From: a virus
Virus record (IMG/VR): IMGVR_UViG_3300045988_040454
Coordinates: 1-42,046 of that record
Length of the DNA stretch: 42,046 nucleotides
Direction: 5' to 3' (one strand)
Shown here: piece by piece, positions 8,508-16,467 of the stretch
Layout: each line of letters starts with the position of its first letter
Position numbering within the stretch: position 1 is the first letter of the stretch
Notes under the pieces: generated by a model
Databases searched by the model: none
Seen by the model: the letters and a program-made list of their open reading frames with translations, nothing else
What the model was told of the DNA's origin: nothing
Translations under genes and position numbers: made by a program

Positions 8508-9877
8508 TACTCATCTACCGGGGCGTCCTGCTCCGGCATGTAGCGCTTCCGGATATACGCCAGGTCCGCCTCCGTTTCCGTCGGGAGGTCGAAATACCAG
8601 CCCAGGACAATCTCTGTTTTCAGCATACCAGCAGCTGCCATGGACTTGTACTCCTCCCAGGTCTTGTCCTCATCGTAGAGAACGCCGTTGCCCCAGGAGA
8701 TGGTGACATCCTTTTCCGGGTCAACAGCGCTCCCGGAGAACACCTTGTAGAGCCGCCCAAGGATCTCGCAGACCCGGACCGCCTCACGGGCGGCACTCTC
8801 CCACATCCGCTGAAAGTCGATGATGGTGAGGTTGTAATCCCCAGCACTGCTGGTGACTTCCGTCGCCGTGCGCTCCGCCGCCTCCACATCGGAGAGGATT
8901 CCGCGCTTTAGCCCGATCAGGCTCTCCACGTTGCGAAGATATTCTGTTTTCCGGGCCAGGAAGGACGCCTCCCGGAGCGTCGGAGAGAAGACGGTGATCC
9001 CCACGGTCTCAGGATCATCGTCCATCCCAACAAAGAGGTCATCGGACAAGCGCTTCCGCCCATCCGCTCCGGTTTTGAGAAGGTCCGCCGAGGCGAAGAC
9101 CCGGCTGCGGCCATTCTCAAACTCCCGGTCCAGCTGGGCCTCGTTGCGGTTGACGTTGTGGATAAGCCCAGCCGCCGGGGCGTAGACGCTGACGGCATCC
9201 GGGCTCCCGTCTACCGTGTTCTCCTGGGGGCACCGAACAGGAATAAGGCCGATAGAGCCGACTCCAGAGAGCACCAGCTCCGGCACAAGGCCGGCGTACT
9301 TTTCCAGGGTATCAAGCGGCACCTGCACGCCGAGGGTCTGGCCGTCGCCGCTGAGGTACAGCTTGCTCTCGATGATCAGGTTCCCTGCGGCATCTACCCG
9401 GCGGCGCTCCAGGAGAGTGTAGCTGTTGCGCCCCTCCACGGTACGCTCCGCCGTGCCGATATCCGTGATGTCACCTCGCTCATCTCGTCCAAGCGGCAGA
9501 TAACTGCCACGAGGAATAACGGAGAAGGTCAGGCCTCCTTGCCCGAAAATCGGCTTTAGGAAGCTCTGACCGCCGATGAGAGCCTGCTGCACGGCCTTGC
9601 CCCTTACCCGCCCAAGCTCCAGCAGGATGCGCTTGGCATCTTCGCTGTCACTGTCGGCCTGATACTCGGAAAAGGCTGCCTTCGTGATCTTGGAGACTAC
9701 CAGGACCGGGAGACGCTGACAGGGGTCCTCTTCCGGCGTCGGTGCGGCCTGATAGTAGAGCTGTGCCCAGTCCCGGATAGCGGCCTGCATCTCGGCAGTG
9801 GTGATATCCTTCGCGCCGAAGGCCTGCTGGAAGTTATAAATCTTGCCCTGGTCAAACAGGGCGGAAAAAATGCTCAC
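8507..9877 (-). CDS. Portal protein
   Basis: 456 aa from GTG 9877, which is preceded by AAGGAGGTG at 8-nt spacing. The ORF-track start at 9898 is a TTG without an RBS. The gene lies between terminase and MuF. Confidence 0.85.
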   Translation of the reverse strand: MSIFSALFDQGKIYNFQQAFGAKDITTAEMQAAIRDWAQLYYQAAPTPEEDPCQRLPVLVVSKITKAAFSEYQADSDSEDAKRILLELGRVRGKAVQQALIGGQSFLKPIFGQGGLTFSVIPRGSYLPLGRDERGDITDIGTAERTVEGRNSYTLLERRRVDAAGNLIIESKLYLSGDGQTLGVQVPLDTLEKYAGLVPELVLSGVGSIGLIPVRCPQENTVDGSPDAVSVYAPAAGLIHNVNRNEAQLDREFENGRSRVFASADLLKTGADGRKRLSDDLFVGMDDDPETVGITVFSPTLREASFLARKTEYLRNVESLIGLKRGILSDVEAAERTATEVTSSAGDYNLTIIDFQRMWESAAREAVRVCEILGRLYKVFSGSAVDPEKDVTISWGNGVLYDEDKTWEEYKSMAAAGMLKTEIVLGWYFDLPTETEADLAYIRKRYMPEQDAPVDE

Positions 9878-10083
9878 GGTCCGGACACCTCCTTGCAATG
9901 GATAACGATGCGCCCTTGACGGCGCTGGTTATCGTGGATTCCCTGGATATACGCCTCCAGGCGGTCAATTTCTTGCTCTTTGCACACCAAGCGCTCCCGG
10001 AGCCTCCGGTTCTCCTCCAGGAGCTCGTCCCGGCACCAGGCGGGGAGGAAGCGCTCAATGAGCCATCGTTTCAGCTTTATCAC
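9874..10083 (-). CDS. Small coiled-coil protein (69 aa), unknown function
   Basis: GTGA overlaps with both the TerL stop and the portal start suggest translational coupling. Sequence includes LEENRRLRERLVCKEQEIDRLEAY. Confidence 0.45.
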   Translation of the reverse strand: MIKLKRWLIERFLPAWCRDELLEENRRLRERLVCKEQEIDRLEAYIQGIHDNQRRQGRIVIHCKEVSGP

Positions 10084-11315
10084 TTGCCCCTCCTCTTCCA
10101 GATGCGGTTCGTGCCATAGCGCACGGCGTCGATATGGTGGTTTGCGACATCGGGATATCCCTCCATAACCTCGTTGGTCTTTGGGTCCCGCTCATACTCA
10201 TACTCGGTGAACTCTCTGGCCGTGTCCGGGCAGCGGCCCGGGTCAATGACAATGGCCGTCAGGGATTGCAGCCACTTCATGGAATACGCTACACTGCCGG
10301 GGCCCTTTTCGGACGCCCGGCAGTTGAGCCCGAAGGCCTTATAGTCGCTGACGGATTTCTCCTCGGCGCTATCCGCAATGACGAGCTCATCCTGCGGAAT
10401 GCGCTCCATCAGCAGAGCTGCGGTATCCTGGTTGCTGGTACGGTGCCGGGTCAGCTCGGAGAACAGGTAGAGCGTCCGCCTTGCGGCATCGTAGTGCATC
10501 CGGTTCCACGCCCAGGGGTCAGGGTACCAGCCCCAGTCCACGCCGTTTGTGATTCGGTCGAACTGCGAAATTTCCTCGTCCGGGATGTCCCGGAGCCGCA
10601 GATTCTCAAAGACCTGCGTCCCGCTGCCCACGACCTCTCCCAGATACTCGTGCCGGTAGGCGGTGGGGTTGGTGGCTTTCAGATGCTCAGCGTCCGCCAG
10701 GAAGCGGGGACCCAGCCACTCCGGCGGGGTAGTCAGGTAGGTGCTGTGATGCACCAGCTTCCCTGGCTTTTCTTCCAGGGCGTAACGATTGGCCCAGTTC
10801 CGGGCCATTGCCGGAGGGTTGAAGGATTTGAAGGTCATGCTGAACGGGCCGCCTCGCAAGGTGGACTGCTCCACATTGCGGATCTGTTCCGGCCCGTCGA
10901 ACTGGTCCAGCTCCTCGAACCAATCCACGCCGATATAGCCGAACGGGACCTTGATGGACTTGACCTTTCCGGGATCGTCCATCCCGAAGAACATGATCTT
11001 CTGCCCGGTGGGGATGTAGACACACTCCATCGGGCTTACCGTGCAGCGGAATTTGCGGGTCAAGCCCAGCTGCGCTATCGCCCATACGACCTGAGCGTAA
11101 ACCGTAGTTCGGAGGGTATTGCCATACTTGCGGAAGACACAGGCATGGATCTGCGGGTCCTTCAGGATCAGAAGCACCAGCTCCACGGATATCCAGGAAG
11201 ATTTCGTGGAGGCTCTGCCGCCCTTTGATACGACCTCGCTGACCTCATGGGCTTTGACAGCCCTGTGCGGCTCCACAAAGGCCGGGGAGATGATGTCGGA
11301 AAGCCTACAGGTCAT
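10080..11315 (-). CDS. terL: Terminase large subunit (PBSX-type)
   Basis: 411 aa from MTCRL, with the ATG inside the last codons of terS. Walker-A-like KGGRASTKS and conserved FRKYGNTL, typical of PBSX-family TerL. Confidence 0.9.
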   Translation of the reverse strand: MTCRLSDIISPAFVEPHRAVKAHEVSEVVSKGGRASTKSSWISVELVLLILKDPQIHACVFRKYGNTLRTTVYAQVVWAIAQLGLTRKFRCTVSPMECVYIPTGQKIMFFGMDDPGKVKSIKVPFGYIGVDWFEELDQFDGPEQIRNVEQSTLRGGPFSMTFKSFNPPAMARNWANRYALEEKPGKLVHHSTYLTTPPEWLGPRFLADAEHLKATNPTAYRHEYLGEVVGSGTQVFENLRLRDIPDEEISQFDRITNGVDWGWYPDPWAWNRMHYDAARRTLYLFSELTRHRTSNQDTAALLMERIPQDELVIADSAEEKSVSDYKAFGLNCRASEKGPGSVAYSMKWLQSLTAIVIDPGRCPDTAREFTEYEYERDPKTNEVMEGYPDVANHHIDAVRYGTNRIWKRRGK

Positions 11316-11655
11316 CAATGATCTGCACCCCTCCCTGGTCCTCTCCGGCGACATCACCAAGCAGGTCGACAATGATCTTGGCCGCCCGGGCATCACCCTG
11401 GGTCGCCGCCTCAGTCAGCCCGATGATCATGGCCATCTGGTTGTCCACGTCCTCCGGGTCCACGCCCTTCCGGGCTATCTTGTTCCACCTTCGCCGGTCA
11501 GAAACCGGCAGAGAGAGGTACAGGTCCGCCGCTTCCCGGAGGCTGCGCTTGCGGCGGCGTGCCGCACCGGAGGCAATGCCGCCCGCTGTTCGTATTGCTT
11601 TCTGCTCGGCCTCTGTTCGCTGGTCGAACGGGATAAGATTCTGCTCACCGGACAC
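11305..11655 (-). CDS. terS: Terminase small subunit candidate
   Basis: 116 aa from GTG 11655 (RBS GAGAGGTGG). Sequence SGEQNLIPFDQRTEAEQKAIRTAGGIASGAARRRK, immediately upstream of and overlapping terL. Confidence 0.6.
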   Translation of the reverse strand: MSGEQNLIPFDQRTEAEQKAIRTAGGIASGAARRRKRSLREAADLYLSLPVSDRRRWNKIARKGVDPEDVDNQMAMIIGLTEAATQGDARAAKIIVDLLGDVAGEDQGGVQIIDDL

Positions 11656-11895
11656 GTCACCACCTCTCTCACTTGATTTTTGCCGCTGGCCACCCACCCC
11701 GAAGGGCACCTTAGAAGAAGCCGCACGGGATTGAACCGTGCCCAGGCCCAGCACACCAGGGAGCTTCATATACCCCGGGAAGCGGCCGGAGGACGAACCG
11801 CCTCCCAGGGAACAGGAAGGAGAACAAGGAAAGCAGAGAAGCCACTACAGCTCCCCTGCTTTTCTCAGTCTACAGAATAACACACCTGGAATGTA

Positions 11896-12324
11896 TCATT
11901 CTATCCCATCTTGCTCCGGATGCAGATTTTCCAGGGCTCTCCCGTGGATGCGCCAAACCTGCATCCGCTCATAGCCCATCTCCAGCGATACCCGCTCCCA
12001 AGTCATGCCTTCCAGGTACCGCAGGCGGAGGCATCGCTTCTGCTCAGAGCTGTCGAGTGCATCTATCCGGCGCTCAATCTCCTTCCGGAAAGATACCAGC
12101 TCTACCGCTTTGGCGCTGAGTTCCGCTTCCAGCTCAGAGAGCTTGTCCACACAGGATTCCATCCGATTGGATTCTCCGCCGCCGGAGCGGGGCATCCCGC
12201 TGTAGTTGGCGGTCATCTTCGTCATCATGGACAGGACGCACTCACGCTCCCTGAGAAGATCTCCGATATCATGCCCTGCCTGCCGGTATTGCTGCAGCCA
12301 CGCTTTTTTCTCCTGGTTTGTCAC
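11896..12324 (-). CDS. Late-gene transcriptional activator candidate (DUF1492/ArpU-like, sigma-70 region-4-type HTH)
   Basis: 142 aa from GTG 12324 (RBS GGAGG). The C-terminus KRCLRLRYLEGMTWERVSLEMGYERMQVWRIHGRALENL is region-4-like. It is the last regulatory gene before terS. The start is uncertain. Confidence 0.6.
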   Translation of the reverse strand: MTNQEKKAWLQQYRQAGHDIGDLLRERECVLSMMTKMTANYSGMPRSGGGESNRMESCVDKLSELEAELSAKAVELVSFRKEIERRIDALDSSEQKRCLRLRYLEGMTWERVSLEMGYERMQVWRIHGRALENLHPEQDGIE

Positions 12325-12436
12325 ACTTCCCCTCCCTAAGCCTTCTGCTTCTCTATTACCCATCATCACCACAGGCCCCCTCACCCTCTCCATCCCCCCT
12401 ACCCCCCTTCCTCTCCCGCTCCCCCAGCGGGCAGAC

Positions 12437-12460
12437 CATTTTCGTGACCTCACGAAAATG
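12437..12460. promoter_or_regulatory. Perfect 24-bp palindrome CATTTTCGTGA-CC-TCACGAAAATG
   Basis: Read directly. It straddles the stop codon of the Zn/HTH gene and lies upstream of the late regulator. No T-run follows on either strand. Confidence 0.5.
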
Positions 12461-12836
12461 ATGCTCCGTGCGCCTTCTTGTACCGGTTGGCCGGCAGATT
12501 ATTCTTTTTCCGCCATGCCCATACGGTGTTGACATTGCATCCGACTTTTTCCGCGACTGCCCTATCCGTGAGCCCTTGCAGATATAGCTTGTAGATCAAC
12601 CTATAGTCGATCTTCACAACAGCGGGGGCCAGTCTCCATGTCTCAACGGCGGGTTTCTTCCGACGCCCAGGCTTAAAGAATGCGCAGTCCTCCACGGGTG
12701 AGACGGTCTTGTATTCCGTGCCATCATCCCGGACTACTGTCACGATTTTGCAGTGCCCCGTGTTCTGCTGATAATTACATGCGCTGACAGAGCCCCTGTC
12801 GCTGCGGTGGACACACCTTTTGCATTTAATCGCCAT
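12450..12836 (-). CDS. Zn-finger plus HTH DNA-binding protein
   Basis: 128 aa from MAIKCKRC. The N-terminus is Cys-rich (CKRC...C...C). The C-terminus LQGLTDRAVAEKVGCNVNTVWAWRKK is an HTH. Confidence 0.55.
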   Translation of the reverse strand: MAIKCKRCVHRSDRGSVSACNYQQNTGHCKIVTVVRDDGTEYKTVSPVEDCAFFKPGRRKKPAVETWRLAPAVVKIDYRLIYKLYLQGLTDRAVAEKVGCNVNTVWAWRKKNNLPANRYKKAHGASFS

Positions 12837-13419
12837 AGTACGCCTCCATATACGCCAGGACATTGGAAGCATAGGTGCTCTTTCCTGGCTTTCCGCTGTT
12901 GTAGGCCGTCAACGCCTCTTCCAGCGGATATTTCCCCAGCAGCTCCGCCAGATAATCGCAGCCCACTCGGAAATTGCCGTAAGGGTCCGTAAGATCCGTC
13001 ACACCAAAGCGGGCCATCCGGTCCTCGTGCCAGCGCCTTTGCACCTGCATATAGCCCACGCTGCGCCCATCGTCGCCTGTGATGTTCCGAAACTCCGTCT
13101 CCTGCCGGATTACGGCCAGAGCCAGCTCATAGGGGATGCCGGTCTCCTCGCAAGCTGTTTGAAGAAATGCCTGGGTATCTCCGTCAAGCGGCACGTCCTC
13201 TCGGAAGTACCCGGAAGCGTAAAGGGCCGCCTCGATGTACTCGTTCTCAGAATCCTCTTTCAGTTCCTCGATCACGCACTCCGTGCGTTCCTCCGCCTCT
13301 TCCGTGTGATTTTCCATGCGTTCCGTGTCTTCGGCGACTTTGGCGGGCCAAAAAAGCATCAAGCCCACCACAACCACTATCCATACGATGTACGTTATCT
13401 CCCAAACATTTCGTTTCAC
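12826..13419 (-). CDS. Membrane-anchored lytic transglycosylase (SLT domain)
   Basis: 197 aa. N-terminal TM segment (IVWIVVVVGLMLFW) and an SLT-like catalytic region AVIRQETEFRN...GYMQVQ. Confidence 0.7.
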   Translation of the reverse strand: MKRNVWEITYIVWIVVVVGLMLFWPAKVAEDTERMENHTEEAEERTECVIEELKEDSENEYIEAALYASGYFREDVPLDGDTQAFLQTACEETGIPYELALAVIRQETEFRNITGDDGRSVGYMQVQRRWHEDRMARFGVTDLTDPYGNFRVGCDYLAELLGKYPLEEALTAYNSGKPGKSTYASNVLAYMEAYYGD

Positions 13420-14159
13420 TTTTTCGCCAGCCTTTCCTGGACGTGCCGGATCACATCGCCGCCATAGGAATTTTTAGTGAGCTCCAAAAACTCCTCCAGC
13501 GTCATGGTCCCATTCTCCACGTCGATCCCGTGATTTTTGGCAAACGCTTTCCGCCCCATATTGCAGCTCCCGGTGAGGCGGTGGTGCCAAGCATAAAAAT
13601 GCTGGTTGGGATATTTCTTGCCGCACTCGGTTTCGGCCAGAAAAGCGCCGATTCTTTCCTCTTCCGGCATATCCTCAAAGAGCTTATCCCGCAAGGCTTC
13701 CATTGCTTCCCGCAGCGTTTCTCCGTGGGCGAAAAGATTATCCTGCTTTGCCACATAGCACGGAGTGAGTGTTAAATCGCCATTAAGGATTGCCCCGTGA
13801 GCGACGTTGCCACGAATGGAATAGATTAGCGTAGGCGTTTCGTCGATCCGATAAACGTTTTTGCCGTCGAATACATCTACGCCGGAGCCGTAGCCGGAGC
13901 CGTCGCCGGAGCCGTCGCCGTCGCCGTAGCCGGAGCCGGAGCCGTAGCCGTCGCCGGAGCCGGAGCCGTAGCCGTCGCCGTCGCCGTAGCCGTCGCCGTA
14001 GCCGTAGCCGTCGCCGTAGCCGTCGCCGTCGCCGTAGCCGTAGCCGTCGCCGTAGCCGTCGCCGGAGCCGGAGCCGTAGCCGGAGCCGGAGCCGTAGCCG
14101 TCGCCGGAGCTTACGGAAAGAAATGCCTTGATCTTATCATCAAGCATCATCGTTTCCAC
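13416..14159 (-). CDS. Protein with an N-terminal (Y/D/S-G)n low-complexity repeat and a conserved phage C-terminal domain, unknown function
   Basis: 247 aa. Residues ~19-95 are GDGYGSGSGYG... The C-terminal ~150 aa look globular (FAHGETLREAMEAL...HHRLTGSCNMGRKAF). Confidence 0.7.
   Translation of the reverse strand: METMMLDDKIKAFLSVSSGDGYGSGSGYGSGSGDGYGDGYGYGDGDGYGDGYGYGDGYGDGDGYGSGSGDGYGSGSGYGDGDGSGDGSGYGSGVDVFDGKNVYRIDETPTLIYSIRGNVAHGAILNGDLTLTPCYVAKQDNLFAHGETLREAMEALRDKLFEDMPEEERIGAFLAETECGKKYPNQHFYAWHHRLTGSCNMGRKAFAKNHGIDVENGTMTLEEFLELTKNSYGGDVIRHVQERLAKK
13881..14110. repeat. In-frame hexanucleotide tandem array (GCCGTA/GCCGTC/GCCGGA units, ~38 units)
   Basis: Read directly. It encodes the Y-G/D-G/S-G dipeptide repeat of the ORF above. 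Confidence 0.9.
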
Positions 14160-14443
14160 TCCCTTACAGCGGCCAGAGACTCTGCCGCCTTATCCGTGCA
14201 GGCCAAAACCTGGATCGCGCCCGTGACCACCATCTCGGAAACCGTCACCGTAAATTTGCAGTCGTCAGGTTTCTTCGTCCCATCTACCGCCAGCTGCTCT
14301 ACGGCGCAGGCCCCATCCCAGTACCACAGCTTTCGGGCATTGGTCATGGTCACCTCGTCGCCCTTGCGTTCCTTGATCTGCCCGAAGAAAACGCCAGCCT
14401 GTGCGCACCGCACAACGTACATCTGATTGTTTTTCGCTTCCAT
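14147..14443 (-). CDS. Hypothetical protein (98 aa)
   Basis: Clean ORF with an RBS, in operon context. No motif recognised. Confidence 0.55.
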   Translation of the reverse strand: MEAKNNQMYVVRCAQAGVFFGQIKERKGDEVTMTNARKLWYWDGACAVEQLAVDGTKKPDDCKFTVTVSEMVVTGAIQVLACTDKAAESLAAVREWKR

Positions 14444-14455
14444 TTTTTGTTCCTC

Positions 14456-14914
14456 CTAAATTTCTTTGATTGTAATCCCATGGACCATCAGCATAAGCTT
14501 CCGCTTGATAACAAACAGCCTGTAAGCGGCGCTCTTGGAATCATCGTAGCCCTTCACGTCTTCCACCACCACTTTGCAGCCGTCCCGGTAAACAAAATCG
14601 GCAATGTAGGTACAGGGATTCTCCCATTTCCCGTCGGCTCTTTTTTGCTTGGGTATCAGCTCAAACGGCACCTGGCAGCGCAAGCCCGTAATCTGGCCCG
14701 CTCGTTGCAGCAAATCCAGCTCCCGGAACCTTGCCGCCTCCTTTTCGCTGGCGAAATTCCTCACCGTGCCATCCGGCATCCATACGTCTGTCGGCTTGGC
14801 GTGGTACTTGTTTGTCCTTTTCTCCCTGGGCCTCTGCTGCGCTCCCAGCTTTTGCAGCGCTTGCCGCTGCGCCTTTGGCCCCATCCTGGCCAGGTCTGCT
14901 GATGTCAGCGCCAT
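14456..14914 (-). CDS. DUF1064-family protein (putative structure-specific endonuclease)
   Basis: 152 aa. NKYHAKPT...FASEKEAARFRELDLLQRAGQITGLRCQVPFEL matches the DUF1064 pattern as I recall it. Confidence 0.65.
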   Translation of the reverse strand: MALTSADLARMGPKAQRQALQKLGAQQRPREKRTNKYHAKPTDVWMPDGTVRNFASEKEAARFRELDLLQRAGQITGLRCQVPFELIPKQKRADGKWENPCTYIADFVYRDGCKVVVEDVKGYDDSKSAAYRLFVIKRKLMLMVHGITIKEI

Positions 14915-14920
14915 CAGCCA

Positions 14921-15205
14921 TCACCGCCTTTCTCCACACCCACAAAAGAACTCTCTGGATACTTCTGCGTTCAGTACGCTGCACGTATGTACCGTTCTCC
15001 CGTGGCACGGTTCCTGATGCCAATGGTGATTCCGGCACTCTCCGCACCGCACCACCGGACGCACGTCTGCCGCCGGAAGCTCATTCAGGATACCAACGAC
15101 GGCCACATACGCCTCCTCACCGGTCATAGCCCGCAGCGCCTTCTGCGTCTCGGAGGAGGTGATCTTCCCCATAGCGTCCGCTCTGCGGATGTATTCCCCT
15201 CTCAT
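14921..15205 (-). CDS. Small Cys-rich protein (94 aa)
   Basis: Starts at MRGEY (ATGA overlap with the upstream gene). Motif RCGECRNHHWHQEPCHGRTVHTC...CGC. The upstream part of the ORF-track ORF is an alternative frame of the neighbouring gene. Confidence 0.5.
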   Translation of the reverse strand: MRGEYIRRADAMGKITSSETQKALRAMTGEEAYVAVVGILNELPAADVRPVVRCGECRNHHWHQEPCHGRTVHTCSVLNAEVSREFFCGCGERR

Positions 15206-15609
15206 ACCTGCACCCCCTCCGCCGTCAGTTTCCGTTTCCGCCGGTAGTAAGCGCTGTCGACGGCGGCAAGTCCGGGGTTCGCAAGGCGGCGCTGCCTGGC
15301 GGCTTCCACCCGCTCCTCCCGGTGGGCGGCGTAGTAACGCCGCCCGCGCTCCCGTTCCTTCTCCGGATCCCGGTTCCGGTCTTTCAGCCTCCGGCGCTCC
15401 TCGGCTTTCCCGTCGAACCAGCCGATATGCTTGTAGCTGGCGGCGAAGCAGCCCTCGGAGCAGTAGTAGGTCGTGGCCATTTTCTTCCCATCCCTGGGCA
15501 CCTGCCGCACCCAGGGCGTGTCCGCCGTGGTCACGATGGTCTTTCCGCAGGTCCCACAGATGCGGAAAAGGGTCAGCCGCTTCTCCGCATAAGGCCTCCT
15601 GGCACTCAT
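15202..15609 (-). CDS. Zn-ribbon protein with a basic RRYY-type C-terminal repeat
   Basis: 135 aa. CGTCG...CSEGC, followed by RGRRYYAAHREERVEAARQRRLANP...AYYRRKRK. Confidence 0.55.
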   Translation of the reverse strand: MSARRPYAEKRLTLFRICGTCGKTIVTTADTPWVRQVPRDGKKMATTYYCSEGCFAASYKHIGWFDGKAEERRRLKDRNRDPEKERERGRRYYAAHREERVEAARQRRLANPGLAAVDSAYYRRKRKLTAEGVQV

Positions 15610-15752
15610 GCCTTCCCCTCCTTCCCGTCCGCAATCACCTGTACCACCCGGACATTCCCAAGCGGTTCCAGCATCATAGCTACGGATTCCTTTGCCGCCA
15701 TGTAGTCGTCTACCCCGTAGACATCTACCACCACCCGCACATGGTCAACCAT
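15606..15752 (-). CDS. Small ORF (48 aa)
   Basis: Not in the ORF track (under 60 aa). MVDHVRVVVDVYGVDDYMAAKES... The ATG lies inside the last codons of the DnaC-like gene, and there is an ATGA overlap with the next gene. Confidence 0.4.
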   Translation of the reverse strand: MVDHVRVVVDVYGVDDYMAAKESVAMMLEPLGNVRVVQVIADGKEGKA

Positions 15753-16467
15753 CGGCCACCTCCCGCAGGCGCCAGTTCTGTTTGTTGCGTAGGTTCAGGG
15801 TATACTCTCTGGCCCGCTCCGCGATCCGGCTCCCGGTGGCCTCATCCCACAATAGAATCTTATCGATGGGCCACTCTGTGGAGAGGATCGTGATCGCCTG
15901 GGGATCGTTGTAGCGGGCATTCAGCAGATCGAAAGCGATATTCTTGTCCGCCTCCGTCACGGAGCCCTTCAGGAAATCGTCGATATACAGTGCCCTCACA
16001 GTTTTAAGCGGCCAGATCGCTCCGTGATACGCCTCGGCGTCTTTGATCTTGGCCTTGATGGCCGGGATATCCCCACGCCACTGGACGTACCGGCACGGGA
16101 CGCCTCCCGCCATCAGCTGCCCGCAGATCGCCGTGCAAAGGTGGGTTTTCCCAGTCCCGGAAGAGCCGCCGATGAAAAACCACTTCCCACGGCAATCCGT
16201 CAGATACTCCTCCGCCGCCTGTTTTGCGGCCCGCTGCCATGCCTCAGGCGTCTGGAAGGACGCAAAATTGCATCGCTCCAGGAGGCCCGCCAGTCCGGAG
16301 CGCTGGATGCGCCTCCGATTCTGCCGGACGATTTCGCATCGGCACGTGCGGCTTACCAGCTCTCCCGTTTCGGTCCGGGACACGGTATAACCCAGCCCAT
16401 CACAGAGCGGGCAAGGATCAGAGGTCTCGTCCCACGTTGCGATATTCGGGCTTTCCTTGCTGCCCAC
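15745..16467 (-). CDS. DnaC/IstB-like AAA+ helicase loader
   Basis: Walker A GGSSGTGKTHL. The start is proposed at GTG 16467 (AAGGAGG, 6-nt spacer) and overlaps the initiator gene by 50 nt, so it is uncertain. Confidence 0.8.
   Translation of the reverse strand: MGSKESPNIATWDETSDPCPLCDGLGYTVSRTETGELVSRTCRCEIVRQNRRRIQRSGLAGLLERCNFASFQTPEAWQRAAKQAAEEYLTDCRGKWFFIGGSSGTGKTHLCTAICGQLMAGGVPCRYVQWRGDIPAIKAKIKDAEAYHGAIWPLKTVRALYIDDFLKGSVTEADKNIAFDLLNARYNDPQAITILSTEWPIDKILLWDEATGSRIAERAREYTLNLRNKQNWRLREVADG

Noticed and set aside
11724-11740. tRNA-like T-arm (CACGG-TTCAATC-CCGTG) suggesting a phage tRNA.
   Set aside because: Numbering back from the T-arm gives no pairing acceptor stem, and the anticodon stem pairs at only 3 of 5 positions with no U33. 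There is no cloverleaf.
13881-14110. Possible CRISPR array or non-coding VNTR.
   Set aside because: The units are 6 bp with no spacers, and the array is in frame within a 247-aa ORF.
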